From contig NC_135819.1 in NCBI RefSeq assembly GCF_964213995.1, positions 66,774,001 to 66,838,000 on the forward strand: a stretch of 64,000 nucleotides of DNA, read 5' to 3'. This stretch comes from Mustelus asterias (Eukaryota). Position numbers and translations under genes: made by a program. Positions 51,001 through 62,643 of the stretch are shown in pieces. Under the pieces are notes generated by a model. It ran no database searches. It had not been told where the DNA came from and saw only the letters and a list, made by a program, of their open reading frames with translations. Positions within the stretch are counted from its first letter, which is position 1. Each line of letters begins with the position of its first letter.

Positions 51001-52310
51001 CATAATCCTCTGCGTGCCCTCCCCCTTCCCCACCACCTCGAGTCAATGGGCTTCCAGGTCCTGGCCCCTACCAGCGGCCCCTGACCTCATGCTGCAGCCT
51101 CAAGCCTGGGTTGGCCTTGTTCATCGCAGCAGCAAGGACAATTTCCAAAATGGTGGGTGGGGGAGTTGGGGGCTTGTTAAGGAGAGAGAAAGACAGTCCA
51201 TAAGGTGATCCATCATGGGCCCATCAATCTCTCCCAGTAACCCGTGTCCCCATAACTCTGGACTCTGCCAACTGGACACCATCCCCAGTGCCGTGTCCCA
51301 CCTTGATGGGCTGCCGACTGTTGCCACATCTTTGCCATGTCCCCTTATGGTCACCAATGGCCTCCTACACAGCTGTATCCTCACCTCACATGATCTGGCA
51401 TGATGCATTCTGCATCCAGACTGCAGTTACGTGGTCGCTGGTGTGCATCACGAGCCTGCCCCTCCAGATGGCCAGTCCCCCAAGTGCAGACTCCCGAGAC
51501 CACAGGCCATTGCCGGCAGCATGTGGCAGACTGGACTCTGTGCTACAGCGCTCACATAAAGCATAAGGGTGGCTATGAGGAGTTCCCCATTGGGAACCTT
51601 GAAGCATAGACTTGCCACCTCGACACTGGCGCACTAGCTTCCGGGAATGGCTTGCATTGCAGACAGATGGTGAAGAAGCACCCTCGTGACTATCATGTGA
51701 TTGGAAATCATGCAGTCTAAGGAGCGGTGTGAACACTGCTGATCTCCCTTGATTGGAGCAGCAGCTGCCAGACCTGGTACCTGTTACTGTTAGTGGGGCC
51801 TGGGATGGAATGTCCACAATCAGCCACAGAGCCTGTTAGTAGGGTTGGGACTCAACCTCATATGAAATCCCTGAAAGATCATTCAGCGTCCAGGGGTAAT
51901 GCGTGAAACACATGCCCCAAGCCAGAGGCGACACCGCCCCCCCCTCCCCTCCCCTCCCGACCTGTGGCCCTCCGAACATGTCCGAGCTCCCCAACGTCCT
52001 GCACCTATGCAAGCGCTCCACCCATCCTGCGCCATGGCAGCGACTGACCCCCCACCCTGCACCCCAGGGGTTTGTGCTCAGCAGTATTCACCTCCTCGCT
52101 CTCCTTCGCTACTGCTGCTCCTTGACCACACTTTTAAAGACCTGTACTAATTGGTGACAGTGTGACATCATGCTGGAGTGGTGGGAAACCTCCAGGAGTG
52201 TGTGCTGAACTTGCAAATGATATGGAAATCCAGTCAATTTCATGCTCAGCTGGTGCCTCCATGTTTCTCATTAAGATTATGTATTTTTTTATGTCCTATA
52301 TTTTTATTAG

Positions 52311-52658
52311 GTGAGGGATCTTCCTCTCGGGTTAATGGAGTCTCAGGTAAAGACATATTGCTGCCCTGCACCTTTCCTATTGCACTCAATTTCAGACTGA
52401 AGGATCTTGTCATTACCTGGCAGCGAACACTCAGTTCAATCGTGGTTCACAGCTTCTACAGTGTGAAAAATCATCCAGAATATCAAGACTCAGCATTCAG
52501 GGGACGGACTGAGCTGTTTCCCCAAGAATTCCACATAGGGAATGCTACCCTCAGACTGAAAGGAGCAACTATGTCAGATCAGGGCAACTACACCTGCTTC
52601 GTGATTCAACAGGATGGAAATGGCTACTTGGAGAATGTGGTGGAACTGGAATTATATG
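52311..52658 (+). CDS. Gene B exon: B7/butyrophilin-family IgV domain (CD276/VTCN1/HHLA2-like)
   Basis: Acceptor tttttattag|52311, donor 52658|gtgagc, phase 1/1. Encodes GKDILLPCTF...LVITWQR...VVHSFY...YQDSAFRGRTELFPQEFHIGNATLRLKGATMSDQGNYTCFV, the B7-family signature VHSF...Q...FRGRT.LF...GNAxLRL...D.G.YTC. Confidence 0.92.
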
Positions 52659-54469
52659 GTGAGCACATAGATATCTCCCAGCAGTAAATGAAAGAACTTT
52701 GAAAATGTTATTGAGGGAATTGTGTTTGGGTAGAGACTCCTGATCGTCTGGAAAGTGTTGCACAGTTTTGATATATTTAAAAGTGACTGTTCTTGAGGGA
52801 GATTCGTGAGAATGGAGCTTGTTAGGTACGTAGGACAAATTGAGCAACCTTTGTGCTTTGCAGAGGATGAATTTCTCTTCAGTCTGAGTAAAACGTCCAC
52901 TTATCAATTATTCTCTCCACTTGACTCAGGCTGTTATTGTATTTGAATTTGAGATACATTCCACTAAACTTGACTTGAAGCTGCCCATGGTTATTAACCA
53001 GACTCTGAAAGGTCCCCAGGCATAAACCTGACATTTAACAACTAATGGCAGCCCAGATCTATCGGTCTGAGAGGCATATAGTAGACCAGCAAATCCAAAA
53101 TTATTTGGCTGCTATCCACCCCAGCCTGGAAGACCTCCGCCTCTGATCCCTGGGTGGGGGGGGCGGGGTCAGTGAAAAGGGATTTGCTCTGTTCCCGCCT
53201 CCAGCCTGTCACTCTCCAATCAGAGAAAGGGTGCAAGGTGTGAGGCGCATTTCTTTTAGGCATCCCTACAAAGAGGGTGCCCACCTGATTGTAGTAGAGA
53301 ATGGGATGGGATTGCTGGTTACTTGCCCACCCATCTCATCAACATGTCCTGAGGTGCAGGAACCACCCCACCCCACCCCCCATTTCGGGTGAAAGAAACC
53401 CTGACAATCCCGAGCAGCGTAATGTGGGTAAAGACCCAGCATTGCATACTCCTTACCCACTTTATCCCCCTCCTTTCACCTGGTAACCAAGTTTAAAAGA
53501 GGAAAGCCAGACCCCGTACTCACCCTCCTAACTCTCTGACATTTTATCCTCCTGTTGGTTGCTCAGAGAACCTTCGAGCTGGTGACCAGGTGTTGGTCAA
53601 TAATTTCCTAATAATTCATTTCCCATCCCATTTCCTATAATGTTTTCCTCCATTGTCACTGGCCACCGTATCCTTTCCAAGGGAGAGCAACAAAGGTGAT
53701 CCTGGATGTTAGAAATCTATAAGGAAATATTATGGATATCACATTAGATATGGAGAGTTTAAGCTGCCTGTTATAATTTGAAGTCTTGTAATAACAGGCA
53801 TGTAAAATTACTTAAATAGAATAAAAGGATAGCATTATTTAGAGTTATGAAATATTACAGAAGAATAATTCTTTGACCCTTTAGGTTAAAACACGGCAGG
53901 CAGACACACAGATGAGGCACGCAGGCTCTACAGCAATGCAGGGATGAAAGAATGAAATGTTAATTGCTGAATGGACTGCAGGGAAAAGTGGGAAGAAGGT
54001 TCTTTTACAATAAATATCTGAAGAGATAGATGGGCCATAACTTGCTTGTAGTGGCATTCGGCATCAAATTGCCACTTCGTACCCATTTACCTGCACTAAA
54101 TTTCTTCAGTGCTAGTCTCACCCGACCTTCCTTACTCAGGCCAGATGAGATTCAGGCAGTGCAGCAGATCACCAGGTTCAGAGTCCACAGTGAAGGAGGA
54201 CACACCCTTTTTTAACACCACTCGCTGCAGTAAAGTAGGTGAGTTTAAAGGTCCCATTGTAAATAGCAGACCAGGGAGAAAGTAAGTGTGTAAGGTAAAC
54301 TGATGGGATTTGAGTTGTGAGCAATTAGCCAAGAAGTTACAACCCACAAAGTATTGAAGCAACAGAATATCATGACGAGTATAAGCATATTATCATCCAG
54401 AGTGTAACAATGCTAATTGATATGCAAGCTGAATAATCATGGCTGATTTAATCATTACTGATCATCAGG

Positions 54470-54625
54470 TGCTTATCACATTGCTGCTTGTTGGACCATG
54501 CTGCGGACTACCACATTCCCTACATTAAAAGTGTGCCAACACATCACAAACATCTCATTGGCTGTAAAGTGCTTTGGGATGTCCTATGGCCATGAAAGAT
54601 GCTGCTTAAATAAAAGTCTTTTATT
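54470..54625 (+). mobile_element. Ancient SINE/L2-type 3' tail remnant
   Basis: cattggctgtaaagtgctttgggatgtcc...gaaagatgct...aaataaaagtctttt. Confidence 0.5.
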
Positions 54626-55319
54626 TATCTATCTATCTTATTGATCCCATGACTATTTGGAACCTGAACTGGATATCATGTAATTTGCATAGATCCCCAG
54701 GTGCCTTTTTCCAAAGACTGACTGAGGGAACATTTCGTAAGATAAAGCCAGGTGATATCATTCAGTAGGCTTATTCCCAGGAAATGAATACAGATCAACA
54801 TTTATGATCAGATTAATTTAATTGACAATTAGTAATTATCCATTCTTTTCAAACCTTCTGAATGTGATGAAAACCTGCCTTGGCAATCTAGTTTTAAAAT
54901 TGTCACTTCCAAATTGTCTTTCCCAATAATTATTATCTGCCATCTTTACCTGGTCTGGTGTATATATATTACACCAGATGCACAGTGTGTGGTTAATTCT
55001 TAAATGCCCTCTCAAATGGATTAGTAAACCACTTAGCTGTATTCAAGAAGGTGGCTCACAACCACCTTAGAGTAATGTATAGCAGGAGGAGGTCATTCAA
55101 CTCATTGAAATTGTGCGAGCTCTGCATGGCACAATACAGTCATCCCATTCTCCTGCTCTATCCCTGTAAATTTATTTCCTTCAAATGCCAATATGCTTGT
55201 CCCTACATTCCCTCTGTATCTCTTTCCCAAAAACATACATCTATATATCCCCAGCCCATAAACCATCAATTAATAGCAATGGTTTGTCCACTTGTCTACT
55301 TTATTTAAACATGTCTTTT

Positions 55320-55632
55320 GGGTGGCACACTGGTTAGCACTGCTGCCTCACAGTGCCAGGGTCCCAGGTTCATTCCGGCCTCGGGTCACTGTCTGTGTGG
55401 AGTTTGCACATTCTTCCCAGGTTTGCGTGGGTTTCCTCCGGGTGCTACAGTCTCCTCCCACAGTCCAAAGATGTGCAGGTTGGGCTGATTGGCCATGCTA
55501 AATTGACCCGAGTGTTACGGGGGTTAGCACGGTAAATGTCTGGGTTTGGGGGAATGGGGCCTGGGTGAGATTGTGGTCAGTACAGACTTGAGGGGCCGAA
55601 TGGCCTCCTTCTATACTATAGGGATTCTATGT
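55320..55632 (+). mobile_element. HE1-like V-SINE (tail A)
   Basis: Full head, V-domain and tail ending gggattctatg. Confidence 0.9.
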
Positions 55633-55679
55633 CATAATTTTGTACAAATCTATCTGAACTTTCCTAGTCTCCTTTGCTT

Positions 55680-56400
55680 GTTTACAGAATTATTGATCGG
55701 TTACAGCACAGGAGGCCATTCAGTCTGTTTTGTCTGTGTTGGATCTCTGGAAGAGCAACTCGCCTAGTGTCATTCCCCTGACTTCTCCCTGTAGCCCTGC
55801 AAAGTATTCCTCTTCAGATAATAATCCAATTCTTTTTTGAAAGCTACGATACTCGAGGCAGTTCAATCCAGATACTAGCCAGTCATTGCATTAAAAAATG
55901 TTCTCATGTCACTGTTGCTTCTTTTGCCAATTGCTTTAAATCCATTTGGTCTGGTTCTCACTTCTTCCACCAAGGGGAACAGTTTCACCATATCAATGTT
56001 AATGAAGTTCTTCATTCCTGGAAGCATTCTTATGGATCTTTCCTGAATGCTTACGTCCTTCACATATTTCCTGAAAGGTTTCCAGACTGAACGTTGAGGC
56101 TGAACCAGTGTTTTAAACAGTTTAATTAGAACTTTTGTCCTTTTGTACTCAATGCTCCTACTTATAAAACCCAGGATCCTGTAATGGTTTATTAACAATA
56201 TCCCCCTCCCAGTTCACAATATGTCCAGTTCTGTATCATTTACAAATTTTGAAAGTGTGCCCTCTACACCCAAGTCTGGGTCATTAATGTACAACAAGAA
56301 AAACAGGATCCTAACGGTGATCCCTGGGGAACTCCATCACAAACCTTCCTCCAGTTCAAATAACAACCAGTGTTTCCTGTTCGCCAGCAAATTTTATATT
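55680..56400 (-). mobile_element. Degenerate CR1 LINE 3' fragment
   Basis: ILGFISRSIEYK...LFKTLVQP...RMLPG. Confidence 0.7.
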
Positions 56401-57745
56401 TTCAAGAGCGATTAGGGATGGGCAATAAATGTTGTCCTTGCCAAAGAAACCCACTGTGTGTATCAATGAATAAAAAGATCTGAGATAAATGCCACTGGTT
56501 TCAGTAGGCAGGTATTGTCATAAACTCTCAAGGTACAATATTCAAATTTTACCCTAATATCATTACCTAATATTATTACTACCAATAGATCTTAAACTGG
56601 TATCTTGTACTTTTTAATAATCCTGTATCTCAATTCTAACCATTAGCGGTGGGAAAACTTAGAGCTGTCATTTTAGTCAAAAGGTGAAAACAGGAGCTCA
56701 GTGTGCACTGCGTTAATAAGCCACAACTGTTTGAAATCTGGATTTAACACACATTTTTGCTCCTAACTGCTGAACACCATAATTTTGCTTGCATGGAGGT
56801 GCTAACTCAGATTCCTGCAGGTTTGACAGTGAAGTGCTGAGTACATGCAATTTTGGTGGAGTAGCTTTTGAGGGCTGCTCGCACCCACTTCTACAGAATG
56901 TGTGGAGTGTCCTAGTTGTCACTGCACAACATATCGCAAGCGGGTTCAGAATCTGAAGAGGGTGCACCACTTTTCGCGCAGCATTTAAGATGCTTGTGGA
57001 GGAGGTCCAGAGCAGGAGAAATGTTCTGTATCCACAGACAAAAAACACCACCTTTCCCTTCTGTCCCTCTGCTCATGCAGCAGCTGCTCAGGTATAGTCT
57101 TGTGTCCTTCTCCTAATCCTCGTCCAGAACAAAGGGGAATCTCGAACCAGATTATCATGACCAAGCACTCCCTTTTGGCTGCTGACCCCTAGGAGGCCGA
57201 TTAGCAAAGCACATCAGTTTTTGGACAAAGTCCTCAGAGATTATTTGGATTAAATATTGCTAGAGTGTTAGTGAAGAATGAACAGTGTCCAAGAAACTCT
57301 TGCCATGTGTTTCAGAGACTCTCTTCACAACTGCAGTGGCATATACACAAGAAATGATAAGTATCCCTTTAATTAGCACTTCAAATCCACATCAACACCT
57401 TGTTTACCCTAAATAGTTAGTTGCTGTTATGAAAGGCCACCGGGATGCCATGCAGCCTCCTTAATAAGTTCTACAGGCATTTAGAACAGAATAGAATTTG
57501 AAGTAGTGAACTTTCAGGTTCCTTACCCTCGCTTCAATTCCTTTAAAAAGGTGGCATTTTGCTCTAAACACCAGCAGATTTGGTATTTCAGCTCAAAACT
57601 CCACTCTGGTCACATCAGGAGATAGTTAATGCCTGGACACACTGCTAAACATAGTTCATTTCACAGGAAGATTGAGTGATTATTGCATCACAGTTCTTAA
57701 TAGAATCATTTAACCATAATGTCCTGCTTATTCCATATATCCTAG

Positions 57746-57904
57746 ATGAACCACTGATTCCTGGAATTGATGATAAAAATCCAGCTTTGGAAAGAAAGAA
57801 AATCGAATTACCACTGGGGCTTTCAGCTGGAACTCTGATTATTTTAATTGCAGTCGGATTTGGAATTCGCAAAAAGCAAAACAGGAAGCAACAAAATCCT
57901 GAGA
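57746..57904 (+). CDS. Gene B exon: stalk, transmembrane and basic stop-transfer
   Basis: Acceptor atcctag|57746, donor 57904|gtgagt, phase 1/1. Encodes DEPLIPGIDDKNPALERKKIELPLGLSAGTLIILIAVGFGIRKKQNRKQQNPE. Confidence 0.8.
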
Positions 57905-58118
57905 GTGAGTAAAATGTTTAGAAATTTTAGGCATTCGCCGATTGATTTGCATACATATAAATACAAATTTGATACAAATCTATGACAATTGAGTTGCAAA
58001 ATTCAGTGCAAATTTCTTGAATATCTAAAGCAATGGGTTCTTGATATGGAAGTGAATTTACTGCTTTTAATCTCACTTCTATATTGGTTACATTTAAAAC
58101 CAATGATGATGTGTGTCA

Positions 58119-59131
58119 CTTTGATTTGATTTATTATTGTCACATGTATTAGGAAACAGTGAAAAGTAATGTTTCTTGAGCGCTATACAAAGCATACCAT
58201 TCATAGAGAAGCAAAGGATAGAGTGCAGAATGTAGTGTTACAACCATTACTAAGGTGTAGAGAAAGATCAACTTAATGCGAGGTAGGTCCATTCAAAGGT
58301 CTGATGGCAGCAGGGAAGAAGCTGTTTTTGAGTCAGTTGGTACACATCCTGAGATTTTTGTATCTTTTTCCCGACAGAAGAAGATGGAAGAGAGTATGTC
58401 TGGGGTCTGTGAGGTCCTTAATTATGTTGGTTACTTTTCCGAGGCAGTGGGAAGTGTAGACAGAGTCAATGGGAGGGAGGCTGGTTTGAGTGATGGATTG
58501 GGCTACGTTCACGAGCTTTTGTAGTTTCTTGTGGTCTTAGACAGAGCAGGAGCCATACCAAGCTGTGATACAACCAGAAAGAATACGTTCTATGGTGCAT
58601 CTGTAAAAGGTGGTAAGAGTTGTGGCGGACATGCCAAATTTCCTTAGTCTTCTGAGAAAGTAGAGACAAGGCGTTGGTACTCTTTCTTAACTATAGTGTT
58701 GGCATGGGGGGATAAGGACAGGTTGTTGGTGATCTGGGCATCTAAAAACATGAAGCTCTTGACCATTTCTACTTCCTCCCCATTGATGTAGACAGGGGCA
58801 TGTTCTCCTTTACGCTTCCTGAAGTCGATGACTATCTCCTTCATTTTGTTGACATTGAGGGAGAGATTATTGTTGCCGCACCAGTTCACCAGATTCTCTA
58901 TCTCTTTCCTGTACTCCATCTCGTCATTGTTTGAGATCTGACCCACAACAGTGGTGTCATCAGCAAACTTGAAAATCGAGTTGATGGGGAATTTGGCCAC
59001 ACAGTCATAGGTGTCTAGTAAGGGGTTGAGGACACAGCCTTGTAGGGCACCGGTGTTGAGGATCATCGTGGAGGAGGTGTTGCCTTTCCTTACTGATTGC
59101 GGTCTGTGGGTTAGGAAGTTCAGAATCCAGT
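58119..59131 (-). mobile_element. Rex1/Babar-type LINE fragment
   Basis: NTGALQGCVL...KFADDTTVVG; homologous to 44574-45590. Confidence 0.9.
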
Positions 59132-59236
59132 CACTGGATCTACCTGTAGACTGGTAGATTTATCGATATAAATGATTATTGGTGCAAAATGTATGACATA
59201 ATTGAGTTCTATAGATGTATGCTGTAAAGACGTTCT

Positions 59237-59720
59237 GAAAGATGTGCTGGTTAGGTGTATTGGCCCAAGCAGGTGCCGGACTGTGGTGACTAGGGGAATT
59301 TCACAGTAACTCCATTGCAGTGTTAATGTTAAAGCCTTACTTGTGACTAATAAATAAATAATAATAAACTGTATGATGTGACTGTTAACTTACTAAAGAT
59401 AAAAATAGAGAAGTCTTGCTAAAATTATACAAGGCACTAGTTAGACCACTCCTGGAATACTGTGAACAGTTTTGGTCCCCTTATCTAAGGAAAGATACAC
59501 TGGCATTGGAGGCAGTCCAGGGAAGGTTTATTAGGTTGATCCCAGATATGGAGGGATTTTTTGAGAAGAGGTTGAATAGTTAGGCCTGTACTCATTGGAG
59601 TTCAGAAGAATGAGAGGCGACCTTATTGAGAAAAATAGAATTCTCAGGGAGCTTGACAGGGTAGATGCTGAGAGAGTATTTCCTCGTGGGAGATTCTGGG
59701 ACCAAAGGGCATACTCTCAT
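59237..59720 (+). mobile_element. SINE tail-B fragment followed by a CR1 fragment
   Basis: aaagatgtgctggttagg...aataaata, then LYKALVRPLLEYC and [11 protein letters not shown]. Confidence 0.75.
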
Positions 59721-60367
59721 GAGCGAAAGGCCTACCTCTGCACCTACATCTTATGGTGTTATAATTTAAACTGTATATTACGAGCATAGCTTCAAAGTGT
59801 AGTCTTGCTTTGGACCAACATTAAGAAATTGTGAGGTTAGATTTTCAAATTTTCACTTCAAGCATTGGACTCTCCGCATTAGGACTGCAGATTTTTAAAA
59901 TCTCCTCCAAGTGTTAAGTCAAAAGTCAAGGATTGACTCTACTGAGGATTGACAATCCCTTCTCCAGAGAAGTTTCACTGTGGGTTCGAGCTACTTGACA
60001 CCGATACTCAATTTGTGTGTGAATAGAGCCTGAAACTTTACCTCAGAGTCACTGAGCAACAAACTGTTACACAATAAGGATCACAGAACCACAGCTCCAC
60101 AGATTCCTTGTATTCTCAATCATTGACTGTGACTTGTGGAAAATCTTTGTTGTAATTTAATCTAGTCCAATATTCTGTACAGGATTATGTTTTAGAAATG
60201 GTGGCTTGAATTTTGAATCCCCAATGGGGATGAGCACTGAAGCAGATGGGTATGACTACTGGCCAATAAGCCGGTTTCCCAGCACCATTCTACCACCCAG
60301 CAGTTGCCCAGCAGGTCAGCACTCCAGGCAGGCTTAGAGGCCTTCCCTGCCTGGCTAGCTTCAGCAA

Positions 60368-60529
60368 GGTAAGAAGTCTCACAACACCAGGTTAAAGTCC
60401 AACAGGTTTATTTGGTAGCAAAAGCCACTAGCTTTCGGAGCGCTGCTCCTTCATCAGGTAAACCACTTTAACCTGTTGTGAGACTTCTTACTGTGTTTAC
60501 CCCAGTCCAACGCCGGCATCTCCACATCA
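60368..60529 (+). mobile_element. Penelope-like inverted plus direct pLTR fragment
   Basis: 12-bp TSD tagcttcagcaa (60356-60367 / 60530-60541); minus-strand hammerhead core CTGATGA...GAAAGCTA at 60425-60459. Confidence 0.85.
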
Positions 60530-60929
60530 TAGCTTCAGCAACACAGCACAGGTTGCCCTTTAGTGGTTCCATGTCACACCCTACAGCGATGACCTGACTG
60601 CTAAGGGTTCTTTATAATATAAACTATTACAACATGTAAAGAGCACATCCATCTTGGGACCCTTTCCCCTTCCACCTCCTCCCCTCCACCCTCCTCCCCT
60701 CGCTCTATCCCTCACTTACCAGAAAGGTCAGATGGCTGCTTCCTGCATGGTTGAGGACCTCGTATTGTCCCTCCAGCTTCGGCAGCCTACCATGCATCTT
60801 TAATTGGAGGTGAGCCCATCCTCTGGCCTTTAAGTGGCCAATTCAGGGAAAATCATACCTGCTTGACTGTTCCCCAGATATTGCTGGCTGCTGACCTCTA
60901 TTAGTCCCTGACTGCTGGATCCCAAAGCC

Positions 60930-62160
60930 CTATGCTTATGGTGCATTTGGATTTTCAGAAGATTTTCAATAAGGTTCCACACTGGAGGTTAGTAAGCAAA
61001 ATTAGGACACATGGGTTTGAGCTGTTATACTGGCATGGATTGAGAATTGGCTTTTGCACAGAAAGCAGAGAATAAGAATAAACAGATCATTCTCAGGTTG
61101 GCAGGTTGTGACTAATGAGCCACCACAAAGATCAGTGTTTTCTAGCCCCTGCTATTTGCAAACTATATCAATGATTTGGATGCGGAGACCAAATATAATA
61201 TTTCCAAGTTTGCTGATGACTCAAAACTAGATGGGAATGCAAGTTGTGAGGAGGATTGAAGGAGATTTAGACCGGCTAAGTGAATGGGAAAGAACATGGC
61301 AAATGAAATATAATGTGAAAAAAATGTTAAGTTACCCACTTTCATATGGAAGATAGAAATACAGAGTATTTCTTAAATGGTGAGAGATTGGGAAGTGTTG
61401 ATGTCCAAAGGATCTGGGTGTCCTTGTTCATCAGTCACTGTAAGCTAACATGCCGGTACAGCAAGCAATTAGGAAAGTAAATGATATGTTGGCCTTTGGT
61501 GTAAGAGGATTTGAGTACAGAAGTAAATAAGTCTTGCTGTAATTCCCCTTGGTGAGACTGTACCTGATGCATTGTATACAGTTTTAGTCTTGTCACCTTA
61601 GGTAATATATGCTTGCTATAGAGACAGTACAATAAAGGTTCACCAAACTCATCCCTGGAATGGTGGGATTGTCTTGTTAGGGGAGATTGAGGAGATATGT
61701 TCTCTAGAGATTTGAAAAATGAGAGGTGGTCTCATTGAAGCATACATGGCTCGATAGTGGAGTTGCAGAAAGGATGATTCCCCTTGGGTTCTCGAGCCAG
61801 GGGACACGATCTCAAAATCAGAGGTAGGCCATTTAGGACTAAGATAAGGAATTTCACTCCTCAGAGGGTGGTGAATCTTTGGAATTCTATACCCCAGTCA
61901 GCTGTGGCGACTTAGTCATTGAGTATACTCAGGGCAGAGATAAATAGATTTCTAGATGTAAAGGTATTAAGAGATACGGGGATAGTGCAGGAAAAAAGGC
62001 GTTGAAATAGAAGATCAGCCATGATCTAGTTCAGCGGTCTCCAAACTCCGATCCGGATGCAGCCCGCTGCGGGCCAGATGTGGCCTGCGGGCCGTAGTTT
62101 GGAGACCCCTGATCTAGTTGAATGGTGGAGCAAGCTCGAGGAGCCGAATGATTTCCTATG
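60930..62160 (+). mobile_element. Old degenerate CR1 LINE 3' region
   Basis: LDFQKIFNKVP and SKFADDSKL remnants; TQRVVNLWNS-like sequence near 61860. Confidence 0.75.
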
Positions 62161-62229
62161 ATACCAGCAGTAAGTGAGACCATTTGTTAAGAAGCAGAAA
62201 CTAACTCAAGCTTATTTTGTTTTTTTCAG

Positions 62230-62259
62230 AAATGCCTTTACTGGTAGACGCTGTAGAAG
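62230..62259 (+). CDS. Gene B probable small cytoplasmic exon
   Basis: Strong acceptor ttttttttcag|62230, donor 62259|gtaatg, phase 1/1, encodes KMPLLVDAVE. Confidence 0.6.
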
Positions 62260-62566
62260 GTAATGTTCTGTTTTGCGTTCTTCTTAGATTCTAGAATATA
62301 CAATGCTACTGCAACTGACTGCAATAATAAAACTTGTTTTGAATCCAATTTTCCGAAAAGAACCCCACCCAATGCTGAATGGACAGTGGTGACATGTTTG
62401 ATTTTGTAATTTAGCCAGGCAAAAATAGAATTCTCACCATTAAGTAATTTGGAACTTGGACTCCATATATTAAAGGAGATTAAAAACTATAGACATATGT
62501 CAGTTTTAAGCTATGTATATTGAGAACATATTTAAAAAATGAACTTATCAAGTTTACTCCTTTCAG

Positions 62567-62643
62567 AACACATGCACAATCTAATAGATAATTGCAGTTC
62601 AATTTTCTCCCAAAGCTACCTGTCAACATTCATGGGCAAATAG
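62567..62643 (+). CDS. Gene B candidate terminal coding exon
   Basis: Acceptor ctcctttcag|62567; reads in frame EHMHNLIDNCSSIFSQSYLSTFMGK* after a phase-1 junction. Confidence 0.45.
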
